From contig NC_068984.1 in the NCBI RefSeq assembly GCF_001194135.2, positions 10,463,948 to 10,511,972 of the forward strand: DNA of 48,025 bases, given 5' to 3'. This document shows positions 1-11,287 of this stretch, piece by piece. This DNA is from Octopus bimaculoides (taxonomy: Eukaryota). Position numbers and translations under genes: made by a program. The notes below the pieces were generated by a model. That model saw nothing but the letters and a program-made list of their open reading frames with translations. It had not been told where the DNA came from and did not search any database. Numbering within the stretch: the stretch's first letter is position 1; every line of letters begins with the position of its first letter.

Positions 1-90
1 AAGAAATGTCCCGAATGCTGTGTGGAGCACTCATTCTCACTGTTCGCCACTATCATGTATATATGCATACATATATATATATATATATAT

Positions 91-236
91 ACGGACGTCT
101 TCCAGTTTCCGTCTACCAAAACTACTCACAAGGCTTTGGTCGGCCCGAGGCTATAGTAGAAGACACACAATGGGACTGAACCCAGAACCGTGTGGTTGAG
201 AAGCAAGTTTCTTACCACACAGCCACTCCTACGCCT
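91..236 (-). mobile_element. SINE family A, 5' half (tRNA-like head plus central domain)
   Basis: Reverse complement of the head shared by about 16 copies in the window (ggagtggctgtgtggtaag...ggttcagtccca...ggtagacggaaactg); stops at a (TA)n run. Confidence 0.85.
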
Positions 237-435
237 ATATATATATGTGTGTGTGTGTGTGTGTACACACACATGTATATATATGCCTCTGGGTGTACGC
301 GTTAACGTATGACTGTGTGCATGTGTATCACTTCAAGCCAATGCTGAACTAGCAATTCGATAAATAGGCATCGTTAAAATTTGTATCAGAATTACTGAAA
401 TAAGTATGGAGTCAATTGATAGACTTAGCCTCCTT

Positions 436-492
436 GTCAACAGCATCCTATCTTAGCTACAGTCAACAGCATCCTATCTTAGCTACAGTCAA
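436..492. repeat. 26-bp tandem duplication
   Basis: gtcaacagcatcctatcttagctaca occurs twice exactly (436-461, 462-487), followed by a partial third unit. Confidence 0.9.
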
Positions 493-1475
493 ATGAATGA
501 AACCAGTTAAAGAAAAAATGAAATAAATAAATGCTTTTCTGAAAAGCTTCAACGGTTAGAGTTAATAGCAACATCTTAATGGCGGAGATGACATTATTTT
601 ATTAGTATATATAATACGAGCGTAGCCAGTACTTCATTTTAATTTTATTTTTATCGTATTTTGGCGACTAATGTCTTCCAATTTAATGTATTGACAAACT
701 ACTAGTATCACTACTACTGAGAGCATTCTGACCTGTTGCATCTCACTATAGTTTTTGATATATGACGCAGTTTAATATAAACTTCTTGGTGACATTGGTC
801 TGAGACTTGATAGGAGTGTGGAAACGAAATCACCAAGTTCGTATAATTTTGAATTAAAACTAGTAGAAGCAGTAACATCAGCAGTAGTAGTAGTAGTAGA
901 AGTAGAAATTGTTGGTTTTGTTTAACTCGTTGGAAGACCTAGAATTAAAAGTGTGCCGGCTGTGGCTACCACGTTTTCTTGTTTTTTGCTTTTTATCTTT
1001 TTTCTTCAGACACAGTCAAACTAGAATTGTATTAACTGATCTGTCCTTCCTTTCAAAAGACAATAGGAGGGAGCGTCGAAAGATAAATTTAACTGCTTTT
1101 TCTAACTGCATGTTCAACAATGTAAAAGCTCCATATTCTATTCTTTACGTTACCATTTGGTAGGTTTTAAACTGAACCCGATGGCATGTGTTGGTTGGGT
1201 ATTTTTACATCTCATTTATTACGATATGAAAGGGTGGCGGCCTATCCAAGGAAGAGTAATTATCATTAATGCATCTAACGGCATGAAATTAGAGGAGATT
1301 TAGCGAGCCTTGTGAATTTTTTCGGTCTGTTGATGGTCATCACATTATACTTCGGTGTTATTCGGTGGAAGAGGGTTAGTTAGTACTTGGTCAATGTTTT
1401 GCATCTATACAGAACTTTGATATGAGTGCCGAAATGGTTGTTTAGAAAGACTCTCTTACTAAGCTCGCCACCTTA

Positions 1476-1530
1476 ATAATGATGATGATGATAATAATAA
1501 TAACAATGATAATAATAATAATGATACGAA

Positions 1531-1593
<63 letters not shown>
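1476..1593. repeat. (TAA)n/(ATT)n microsatellite forming the tail and target of the adjacent LINE
   Basis: Seen directly. Confidence 0.95.
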
Positions 1594-1594
<1 letters not shown>

Positions 1595-2360
1595 GCCTTT
1601 TCACAGCTTCTAACGCTGGAGATGTACTACGGTGTCAGCTGTTCACTACCAGTGAACTAAGGTAACATCTCTTATTTTTCGAGCACCATCCAGAGTATTC
1701 GAGCGATTCCAAGCAGTGCTTTTTTCAGCAAGTGTTCCACCCTTATTGCAGACCCTATTTGTTCCAAGTACTACTCAAAATTTTTATTCACTGTTCCCTG
1801 GGCTCCGACATTTATTGGTTCTACTACTACCTTTTTTTATCGACCACAACTGCTTAACCTCCCAAGCTAACCTGTCATATCTATCGACTTTTCCTTCTTT
1901 ATCGCATACCTTGTTATCAGCTGGGAATGCTATATCTATGATCCAGCATAGTTTGTTTTCTTTCTCAATTAACACTATGTTTGGCTTCCTATTCTCTAAC
2001 TCATGGTCGCACTGAATCATAAAATCCCGTAGGACCTTTGACTTTTATTTGCGACGATGCCTTCAGGTTTGTGGTCGTACCAATTTTTTGCTCTGTCAAG
2101 TCCATACTTTTTGCAAAGTATCCAATGGACAATCCTTGCTATATTGTCATGAAGTCTCTTATATTCTTTCTGGGCTAGTAGCGTACATTGGCTGGTAATA
2201 TGCCATACGGTTTCGCCATTTTGTCCACAAATTCTGCACTTATCACTTTCTGATGTGTTGTCTATTCTGCATTTGATATAATTCGTTCTTAGTGCTTGGT
2301 CTTGGGCAATACAGATTAAAGCCTCCATTTCCGGTTTTAAACCACTTTTAGTCATCCATA
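1594..2360 (-). mobile_element. 3' fragment of an R4/Dong-type non-LTR retrotransposon (zinc knuckle plus restriction-like endonuclease), frameshifted
   Basis: Minus-strand translation gives LKPEMEALICIAQDQALRTN, CRICGQNGETVWHITSQC (CCHC), RKPNIVL...IIDIA (PD-D/ExK-like) and a C-terminal ALLGIARILWMVLEK*; the 3' UTR runs into (AAT)n. Confidence 0.85.
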
Positions 2361-2362
2361 GG

Positions 2363-2691
2363 CAGAGGTAATGCAGTACGATCGTTTCACACAACTCCAT
2401 TTAATTAAACAATGCAACCATTACATCAATTTAAATGCAGAGCAATCCTCAACTGCAGAAAGGCATAGAATTTAATTAAATTAAAACAGATGGACACATT
2501 AGTATAATATTACTTAAAATCTCCAAGAAGTTAAGGAGATAGACAAAGAACATGCTGCTTTCATCTGTTTTAATTTAATTAAATTCTATGCCTTTGTGCA
2601 ATTGAGGATTGCTCTGCATTTAAATTGATGTAATGGTTGCATTGTTTAATTAAATGGAGTTGCGTGAAACGATCGTACTGCATTACCTCTG
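2363..2691. mobile_element. Foldback/MITE with about 130-bp terminal inverted repeats
   Basis: 2363-2492 (cagaggtaatgcagtacgatcg...aaaacagatg) is the near-perfect reverse complement of about 2562-2691; about 70-bp spacer; no TSD found. Confidence 0.85.
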
Positions 2692-2832
2692 GATATCCTT
2701 GCTGCTTATATATATATGCTTCAGGACAAAGTGTCAGTCGAGTACAGAACATAATAAATAATTAAAATAACATAATTTCTTAGTCGCTTGTCATTTTATT
2801 TCCTTATATGGTTGTGAGCGTGTGTGTGTGAG

Positions 2833-2864
<32 letters not shown>

Positions 2865-4474
2865 CTCACACACAAACACATAACAATTTATGTTGCAACA
2901 GTCACAACTTGCTAAGTCTGGAGGGTTACTGGCCTGTTGGTAGGTCTTTCCTTCATATTCTTACATGAGTATCGGCTGTCTTTCCGTAAAAGCAATATCT
3001 TCTAATTAGATACCATGAGGAAGGTATAAGGTGGTACAGGAGCTGTTAATTAGAAAAAGAATTATTGTACTGATCATAATGATAAGACAGAAAAAACTCA
3101 TGACATGATAGGAGGACACTTTGGGAGCTTAAAATCAATTTAAAATGTTTGTATAATGAAACATAAAACTTTTTGTAAACCAATTGGTTTCCGTTTTTAT
3201 CAATCAGCCAGTCTATCTCGCATACAGTTGCGCCTCGAGCGACAGTTCTCCTTCAGTGTGTCCGATAGATTGCATGTTCTGGTTTCTCAGAAGAAGATGT
3301 CTGTTAACACCTTTCAGATCCTCTTAACGTTATATGACCCGTAGTTCACTGTTTTCCCTTGCCTCTTCTTGCTGCTCGTCACAAGCTGCTTTTTTTGTAT
3401 TCTGATTATCTGGTTGTCACATACCTTGACCAGTCAATCGCATTCTTCATTCTGTTACCATATATTGAAGTCTTCCCAACAGAGTTCTTCTTAAGATTTC
3501 TACATTTTTTATATGGTTATGATTCAAAATTCTTTGAGTTTTCCACAAGCACTTTTCGTAAAAGACATCCGTCACGAACATTGCTCTGTGTTTGGCGAAT
3601 AAGAACTCATTTTCACACTTTGAACATACACACTATACGGACTCAACTTCTACACTCTCTCCGTTTGAAATGCGCATTCTCATCCTACACACATATGATA
3701 CGTATATACATGCACAGTCAGACCCACTTACACCCAAATACACATACAACCAAATAAAGACTAAGTGGAGACTGACGAATAGAGGCGAATAATAACCTGA
3801 TGTTAGAAATGCTGCAATAACTTTCTTATATTTAAATTTATTCCAGTCCTTTTGATTAATGCTGTGAATATTTTAAGCATATATTATTTAAAATATATAT
3901 TATTTAAAGTTGTTCTACATTCTTTTGATTGGAAAATAGACTGGCAAGTCATTCTTGTCTGATCTACGCCTCTGCTGTACTATCAAAAAATACGTCGCAA
4001 TCAACACATACCTGTAATTTTCTTGCAAGGTAATTACATCGCCAGCCAATTCGTCGCCATGGGAAAAACATCATTGGTATATTTAAAATTGATCGTCATG
4101 CTTTTTATCTGCAGAGTAAACACATCGCTAGACATTTATTTAAAGTTTTTATTTGCAGAATATATATACGTCACATTTCATTAACAAAGAAAAATGAATT
4201 TATTTCAAAGGCAAATAAGTATTAATATAAAATATATTTACTCAACAGATACATGAAAAAAAATCAAGTTGCGTTTGTAATAGAATCATAAAAACTGCAG
4301 TAAAAAATATAACACTATCTTAAAATGGCGGAAAGAGGAAACATTCTAAAAATATAAATTATGAGAAATGCCTCGTAAATAATCCAATATTTGTGATTTT
4401 GAAGAATCTTTGAGTTGAATTCTTAGTGAATTGTCTATTTGTTTTTTTTTTTTTGTTTTTTTTGTTACATATCT

Positions 4475-4950
4475 AAGTCATTGACGTTGCGACCATGCTG
4501 GAGCCCTGCCTTGAAAGATTTGGGGTCGAACAAATCTACCCAAGTGTTTACGTTTTCTGTCGGTCTCTTTTGCCGAACTATTAATTAGCGGGGTCGTAAA
4601 CAAACCAACACCAGTTGTCAAGCTGTGGGGATGGGTGACAAACACAGACACAAACAAAGNNNNNNNNNNNNNNNNNNNNNNNNNNNNNNNNNNNNNNNNN
4701 NNNNNNNNNNNNNNNNNNNNNNNNNNNNNNNNNNNNNNNNNNNNNNNNNNNNNNNNNNNNNNNNNNNNNNNNNNNNNNNNNNNNNNNNNNNNNNNNNNNN
4801 NNNNNNNNATATATATATATATGACAGGCTTCCGCACAGTTCCCATCAACCAAATACACACAAAAAACATTGGTCCAAAGTGCTCCGCGAAGTGGGTCTG
4901 AACCTGAAACCAGGTGGTTGCAAAGCGAACTTCTTAGCCACACAACCTAT
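4475..4950 (-). mobile_element. SINE family A, diverged copy spanning an N gap
   Basis: Both halves are recognisable; the gap sits at the internal microsatellite. Confidence 0.7.
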
Positions 4951-5707
4951 CGTAATATTTCTTTTTCCTTTTAATCGATATAAAATTCCTGCACCGATTT
5001 TAAGCTGTTCTATTGTGAATTCTTTTCTTCATTTTTTTCTTTTCGAAGATTTCTGAAAAATTTCTAGACCGTAAAGTCGGATGCCTCGATCGATCAGCTG
5101 AATAATCGATGCTGCCCTTCTCATGAATGGTTTATCTTGAAGTCCTTCCTCAGTTGCAGCAAAACTATTCTAAAGTGTATGGATCGAAGCGAGAAGGTCA
5201 CCGTACTTGGCGACGCTTTGGACTATCATTCTACCATCTCCTCTATTTATTTTACGACTGGCTGGGCTTCTTCGGAGAACCCATTATTTTCTCACAAATA
5301 TCCCAAGAAATAAAAGCATTTAAGACAGACACGAAAGCAATGGCTACAATCATGCACATCTTTAACACAAATTCTGCATAATTTGTATACATATTGTAGA
5401 CTTTTTTATGTAAATGAACGTAAGTGGTGGTGGTAATGGTGGAAATCAACTTTAATGTCTTGATTTCAGAAGAATCGCTCTGAAAATATCATTCCCTCCC
5501 ATTCATAATCTAATGTAATCATGTAAAGGGATGAGATTCACTCTAAAAATTTCAATTTTAAGAAAAGCCTTCTGCGACAATTCTCTTCAGTTCTTCTGGT
5601 TATTGCAACATCGGCAAAAGACCAAACATCACATTCATGACGCCATTTACTGTTAGATTGATTGGATAAAGATGGAACCGTCCTGACAATTTTAACTGTA
5701 TACTAGC

Positions 5708-6915
5708 ATGTTAGATTTTGAGGATTTTGTTTGCAGGGTAAGGGTGGGGCAGAGTGGGTCTGGGTGGGAGTCGGGTGGGTGTAGGATGGGGGTCAGCATT
5801 CACAGATTGTGCCTTTTTTCTCCTCTTTCTGCCCCTCTCGCCTGCTGCTTCCCATCCGTCTTTGGTTTTCTCTTTGTTTTCTCCTTCTTCCTCGGTGCTG
5901 AGCTCTCTCCCCACTGGTTCGCGCCGGCGGTGGAGGTGCAGCTTCTTTTCCATTATCGAGTACCTCTTGTGTTTTTACGGGCGGTGGAGGACATTTCGCT
6001 CTAATGTAGCCTTTCGAGCCACATTTGTAACAGCGAGGGATCCTGCCCTCCACTTTAACCCTGAGTATTATTACTTCGTTGACCGTTATGATCTCTACCA
6101 TATTTTCTAGGACCACCGGGACAGCCTGGATAACCATATCAAGGCTCTACCCATGCCAATTTTTGTGCCCTGTACTGGTGGCTTGGAGGACCACTATCTT
6201 TTCCTCGAGGCCTAATAGTGTTGCAGCTACTAGCCAAGTCATATCTACTTCCGGGGTAATGTCTTCTATCCTTACTCTGGAAGCACGTCTTCCAAGGTAG
6301 ATGGGCAGAAGTACCACCTCATCGGTCTTCAAGGAGGTTGCCGAATGCTGCCTAGCAGTAGCCTCATCTCGAAATTGCACTGTCCCGAATTTCCTTCCTC
6401 TGACAAAGTAAGAAATTCCCCGCCAGATGGCTTTTAGAGCCTTTTCTATTTGGTTCGTTGTCATCGTCTCAATTTTTCTTGCTTTTACACTGTAGGTCCT
6501 GTAAATTATTACTTTTTCCTTCGTTTTCCTTGTCACTTCTTGGGGAGAAGTCCCCTTCACGTCGTGCCCCTCCCTACGTAGCATATTCTTGTATTTTCCA
6601 AGTTCCTCGATATTCAAATTTATTTCTTTGTTGTGGCTTTTGGCTACGGCCGCAAAATTCATTTTTTCCTTCTTTCTTGTCCGCCACAGAAATTGCTCTC
6701 AGCAATTCTTCCTCGGACGTTCTGAATTCTGAAGAACTCAAATTGTCGTATTTCATTTTTCACGACTGCGCTTCCCCCTTTAAACAAGGGGAGAGCATAA
6801 ACAGGACTGCCGCAAGGAAGAAAAACAAGTCTTAAGACACACAGCAGTAATTAACAACAGAAAAATCAGAAACAACAAAGTCACTAACCGTTATAACAAC
6901 TTGCAGACTGACTTG
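5708..6915 (-). mobile_element. 5' portion of an L1/Tx1-like LINE (5' UTR plus ORF1), truncated near the start of ORF2
   Basis: GC-richer segment carrying an ORF1-like frame with a zinc knuckle; no endonuclease or RT downstream. Clade assignment is inference. Confidence 0.6.
5793..6662 (-). pseudogene. LINE ORF1 (nucleic-acid-binding protein with degenerate CCHC knuckle); one in-frame TAG at 6147-6149
   Basis: ORFs 6147-6662 and 5793-6137 are in the same frame (290 codons in total); RVKVEGRIPRCYKCGSKGYIRAKCPPP is a CX2CX4(H>Y)X4C knuckle. Confidence 0.75.
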
Positions 6916-6977
6916 GAAAATTACGACGAGAAGCAAAGTCTAACATTTCTGGTTGTCAATCTATTCAAAATTATGGC

Positions 6978-7170
6978 ACTTAGCGGCATTTCGTCGGTCT
7001 TTACGTGCTGAGTTCAAATTCCGCCGAGGTCGACTTTGCCTTTCATCTTTTCGGGGTTGATAAATTAAGTACCAGTTGTGTATTGAGGTCGATCTAATCA
7101 AATGGCCCTCTTCCCAAAAATTTCAGGCTTTGACCCTATAGTAGAAAAGATCATTATTATTATTATTATT
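6978..7170 (+). mobile_element. SINE family B, 5'-truncated, with (ATT)n tail
   Basis: gagttcaaattccgccgaggtcgactttgcctttcatc core. Confidence 0.85.
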
Positions 7171-7428
7171 AAGGTGGCGAGCTGGCAGAATCGTTAGCGC
7201 GCTGGATGAAATGCTTAGCGGTATTTCGCCTGTCGNNNNNNNNNNATGAAATGCTTAGCGGTATTTCGCCTGTCGCTACGTTCTGAGTTCAAATTCCGCC
7301 GATGCCGACTTTGCCTTTCATCCTTTCGAGGTCGATAAAATAAATACTGGTTATTGATCACTGGGATCAATTTAATCGACTTACCCCCTCCCCCGAAATT
7401 ACTGGCCTTGTGCCAAAACTAGAAACCA
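7171..7428 (+). mobile_element. SINE family B, full length
   Basis: aaggtggcgagctggcagaatcgttagc (A-box-like) and gagttcaaattcc (B-box-like); 30 bp duplicated across a short N gap. Confidence 0.9.
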
Positions 7429-7539
7429 TCATTTTATAACTGTTTTATATTCAGGAAATATCCTACAATGAATTAAATGTTTTGGATGGAAAGGAACACG
7501 TATTGCCGGATTGCGTGCGTTACAGACATTCCTTTATAT

Positions 7540-7813
7540 CAGTGATTCTCAACCGAGGTTCATATGACCCCGGGGGATCCCTATGGTTCTTGGGGGTCAA
7601 TGTGACCTTTGGGGGTACATAAAGGATTTATTTGTAAAAATTATATATAGGAGTAGGCGTAGCTGTGTGGTAAGAAGCTTGCTTCCCAACCACAAAGTTT
7701 CGGGTTCAGACCCACTGCGTGGCACTTTGGACAAGTGTCTACTACAGCCTCGAGCCGACCAAAGCCTTGTGAGTGGATTTGGTAGACGAAAACTGAAAGA
7801 AGCCCGTCGTGTT

Positions 7814-7864
<51 letters not shown>

Positions 7865-8215
7865 ATTTGTGTGTCTGTGTTAGTCGCCCTACCATCACTT
7901 GACAACCGATGTTGGTGTGTTTATGTCCCCGAACTTAGCGGTTCGGCAAAAGTGTCCGATAGAATAAGTACTAGGCTTACAAAGAATAAGTCCTGGGGTC
8001 GATTTCTTCGTCTAGCACTCTTTAAGGTGGTGCTCCAGCATGGCTGCAGTCAAATGACTGAGACAAGTAAAAGAATAAAAGAATATAATTCTTAATGTTT
8101 AATTATAAAAATACAATTGGAGTTTTTTAATATACATAAAGGATAGCTGTGAGGTTGCAAAGAATGAAATAAGAGTCAAAGGGAGTCCATAGGCGAAAGA
8201 TTTAGTACAGGGGTC
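7540..8215. mobile_element. hAT-like non-autonomous element interrupted by a SINE A copy
   Basis: Left end CAGTGATTCTCAACC resembles hAT/Charlie-type termini; right end degenerate and not confirmed. Confidence 0.45.
7649..8084 (+). mobile_element. SINE family A, full length
   Basis: Head, (TA)n(TG)n core and 3' half ending caagtaaaagaataaaag. Confidence 0.9.
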
Positions 8216-8296
8216 TTTCATGGAATCCTTAACCCCCTCATCGACCCCCAGGCATGTAGAAGAAAATAAGTAAATAATAATAATAATAATAATAAT

Positions 8297-8540
8297 ATCC
8301 TACGTAAAATACTGTCTATGTGATCTCAAATTTTAAAACAAACACATAATTTTCTTATGGTTTCTTAAACATTCTCTAGAACAACACGGTACAAATTCAA
8401 ATATATGGTACCCTAGGCATAACACCTACATGAACTTCTAACTTGTTGTCTCCTGAGGTCTCTGGGTGAGACTTGGATCCAACTTGTACAAATGCAAAGC
8501 AAAACTCAAACATAAAATAATAATAATAATAATAATAATA
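8297..8540 (+). mobile_element. Extreme 3' end of a second R4/Dong-like LINE inside a (TAA)n tract
   Basis: Starts atcctacgtaaaatactgtctatgtga (ILRKILSM*, like the R4-type C-terminus), then a 3' UTR; (TAA)n on both sides. Confidence 0.55.
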
Positions 8541-8553
8541 ATGATAATAATAA

Positions 8554-8757
8554 CAATTTTGTCACAAGGACAGCTTGGGGGAGGTGGGGGCGAATCGATG
8601 TAATCGACCCCAGTGTTCAACTGGTATCTAATTTATCGATACCGTAAGGATGAAATGTAAAGTCGACCTCGGCGGAATTTGAACTCAGAACATGGCGACG
8701 GGCAAACCACTAAGCATTTCGTCCAGCGTGCTAACGATTCTGCCAGCCCTCCACCTT
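8554..8757 (-). mobile_element. SINE family B
   Basis: Reverse complement of the family B core. Confidence 0.9.
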
Positions 8758-8761
8758 TTCC

Positions 8762-8862
<101 letters not shown>

Positions 8863-8865
8863 CTT

Positions 8866-9027
8866 TTCTACTATAGGCACAAAGCTTGAAAGTTTGGGAG
8901 AGGGACGCCAGTTGATCGACACCAGTACACATCTGGTACTTAATTTATCGACCCCGAAAAGATGAAAGGCAAAGTCGACCTCGGCGGGATTTGAACTTAG
9001 AACGTAGCAACGGGCGAAATACCGATA
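8866..9027 (-). mobile_element. SINE family B, 5'-truncated
   Basis: Reverse complement of the family B core. Confidence 0.85.
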
Positions 9028-9038
9028 ATATGTAAATG

Positions 9039-9169
9039 CGACGGGTTTCTTTCAGTTTCCGTCTACAAAATCCACTCACAAGGTTTTGATCGGCCGAGGC
9101 TACAGTACAAGACACTTGTCCAAGGTACCACGCGATGAGACTGAACCCGAGACCATGTGGTTGGTAAGC
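9039..9169 (-). mobile_element. SINE family A head (near-identical to 9617-9750)
   Basis: Shares private variants (tacaaaatcc, gatcggccgag, cgcgatgagactg) with the 9617 copy. Confidence 0.85.
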
Positions 9170-9402
9170 NNNNNNNNNNNNNNNNNNNNNNNNNNNNNNN
9201 NNNNNNNNNNNNNNNNNNNNNNNNNNNNNNNNNNNNNNNNNNNNNNNNNNNNNNNNNNNNNNNNNNNNNNNNNNNNNNNNNNNNNNNNNNNNNNNNNNNN
9301 NNNNNNNNNNNNNNNNNNNNNNNNNNNNNNNNNNNNNNNNNNNNNNNNNNNNNNNNNNNNNNNNNNNNNNNNNNNNNNNNNNNNATATATATATATATAT
9401 AA

Positions 9403-9560
9403 AAATAGGGACAATTCACGAAAAAACAACAGGGGAAGACAGGTGGTGTAAACAACAAAAGAATGTATTAGTATAACGCTCGGGAATAGAGAAAGTCTTT
9501 AACGTTTCGAGCCTACGCTCTTCAACAGAAATGAACACAGAAAGAAACAAGGAGAAAAAT
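9403..9560 (-). mobile_element. Short hammerhead-bearing Penelope-like terminal-repeat element, family 2
   Basis: Contains a hammerhead-like motif; lies next to a (TA)n run. Element status is inferred from the motif. Confidence 0.5.
9498..9531 (-). ncRNA. Minimal type-I hammerhead ribozyme-like motif (core A6 replaced by U)
   Basis: Minus strand reads UUU CUGUUGA A GAGC GUAG GCUC GAAA CG UU AAA: 4-bp stem II, palindromic AACGUU stem III, 3-bp stem I. Confidence 0.55.
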
Positions 9561-9616
9561 ATTATAAATGTAGTGGTCAGCGATCTATCATGGCGAAAAA
9601 ATATATATATACATAT

Positions 9617-9780
9617 ACGACGGGCTTCTTTCAGTTTCCGTCTACAAAATCCACTCACAAGGTTTTGATCGGCCGAGGCTACAGTACAAGACACTTGTCC
9701 AAGGTACCACGCGATGAGACTGAACCCGAGACCATGTGGTTGGTAAGCAAGCTGCTTACCACACAGCCACTCCTGTGTCT
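9617..9780 (-). mobile_element. SINE family A, 5' half
   Basis: Reverse complement of the head. Confidence 0.9.
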
Positions 9781-9864
9781 AATTTCAATTTCGTATATAC
9801 TAAGTTGTAACATTCTCCTTGACTCCGCTATGACATGTCAGCGATCAAGCAAATCTTAACATTC

Positions 9865-9999
9865 TTAGTCTCTGTCTGTCTGTCTCTCTCTCTTTCCCTT
9901 TCCCTCTCCCCCTCACTATCACTTTCTTCTTTCTCTGTTTCTCTCTCTCCCGCTCCCTCACTTTCTCTTTCTTTCTCCCTCTTTCTCTCTTTCTCTCTT

Positions 10000-10031
<32 letters not shown>

Positions 10032-10058
10032 CATTTATCTTTCTCTGTTTATCTATCC

Positions 10059-10092
<34 letters not shown>

Positions 10093-10122
10093 TCTCTCTC
10101 TTTCTCCCCCCCCCTCTCTCTC

Positions 10123-10178
<56 letters not shown>

Positions 10179-10180
10179 CT
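9865..10180. repeat. (CT)n/(CAT)n/(CTAT)n low-complexity tract
   Basis: Seen directly. Confidence 0.95.
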
Positions 10181-10723
10181 CCTATGCGATCGTATTATTC
10201 GCTCGGTACCTGTCACACACGCTAGTAATAAGACATCACAAAAGCTCTCCTGTGTTGTTGACACAGATAATAATAATAAAAAAAAGTAAAATAAAATAAC
10301 GTATGTTATTGAATGTCATTGCATTACAGATTAAGTTAAATCTGCAACTCAGGAAATATCATGTTTTATCCATGTCGGGGAACAATAGACAGACAGATGT
10401 ATATAAAATTAAGTTCCAGCTATCATCTTTCAAGGACAAATACTTACAAAGCCCCAGAGTAATGGAAACGATCTTCGTCTCTTTGACTCGACTACTTGTC
10501 ACACGTTTTCGTTTTCATGACGAAGTTACTGGACGAATACCACGTCGGGTTGTTGAATAATAATGTTGATGCAGGAGGGAACAGATATTACATTGAAAAC
10601 AAACGAGCGCGCGTGCGCGTACACACACACACACACACACACTTACGCGCGTGCGAGCGCGTGTGTATTCATGTTTGCCTTTCTTTCGTGGAGTTACATA
10701 TAAAAACAATTCAACATTAAAAT

Positions 10724-11153
10724 GCGCAGGGGTGGCTGTGGTAAGTAGCTTGCTTACCAACCACATGGTTCCGGGTTCAGTCCCACTGCGTGGCACCTTG
10801 GGCAAGTGTCTTCTACTATGGCCTTAGGCCGACCAAAGCCTTGTGAGTGGATTTGGTAGACGGAAACTGAAAGAAGCCCGTCGTATATATGTATATATAT
10901 ATATATGTGTGTGTGTGTGTTTGTGTTTGTGTGTCTGTGTTTGCCACCCACCCCCCCAACATCGCTTGACAACCAATGCTGGTGTGTTTACGTCCCCGTA
11001 ACTTAGCGGTTCGGCAAAAGAGAACGATAGAATAAGTACTAGGCTTACAAAGAATAAGTCCTGATGTCGATTTGCTCGACTAAAGGCGGTGCTCCAGCAT
11101 GGCCGCAGTCAAATGACTGAAACAAGTAAAAGAGTAAATGAGAATAAAAGAGT
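10724..11153 (+). mobile_element. SINE family A, full length
   Basis: Close to the window consensus. Confidence 0.92.
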
Positions 11154-11287
11154 AATTACTCGATACTTTTTATTAGATTATATCGGTTTATAATGGAGAA
11201 CAAATCGGAACTTCGAAATCACTGTCACCCTTTGCCTCGTAAGATTTGATATATATTTATTTTTATTTTGTGTCAGCATGGTTTGAA

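Noticed and set aside
4322-4331. AAAATGGCGG YY1/start-like motif
   Set aside because: Isolated, the frame closes after 10 codons, and there is no supporting motif cluster.
7206-7276. 30-bp duplication inside a SINE B copy
   Set aside because: Flanks an 11-N gap exactly; typical contig-overlap artefact.
7649-7720. tRNA genes in the SINE heads
   Set aside because: A/B-box-like motifs are present but no complete cloverleaf was seen and they run into SINE bodies; these are tRNA-derived SINEs.
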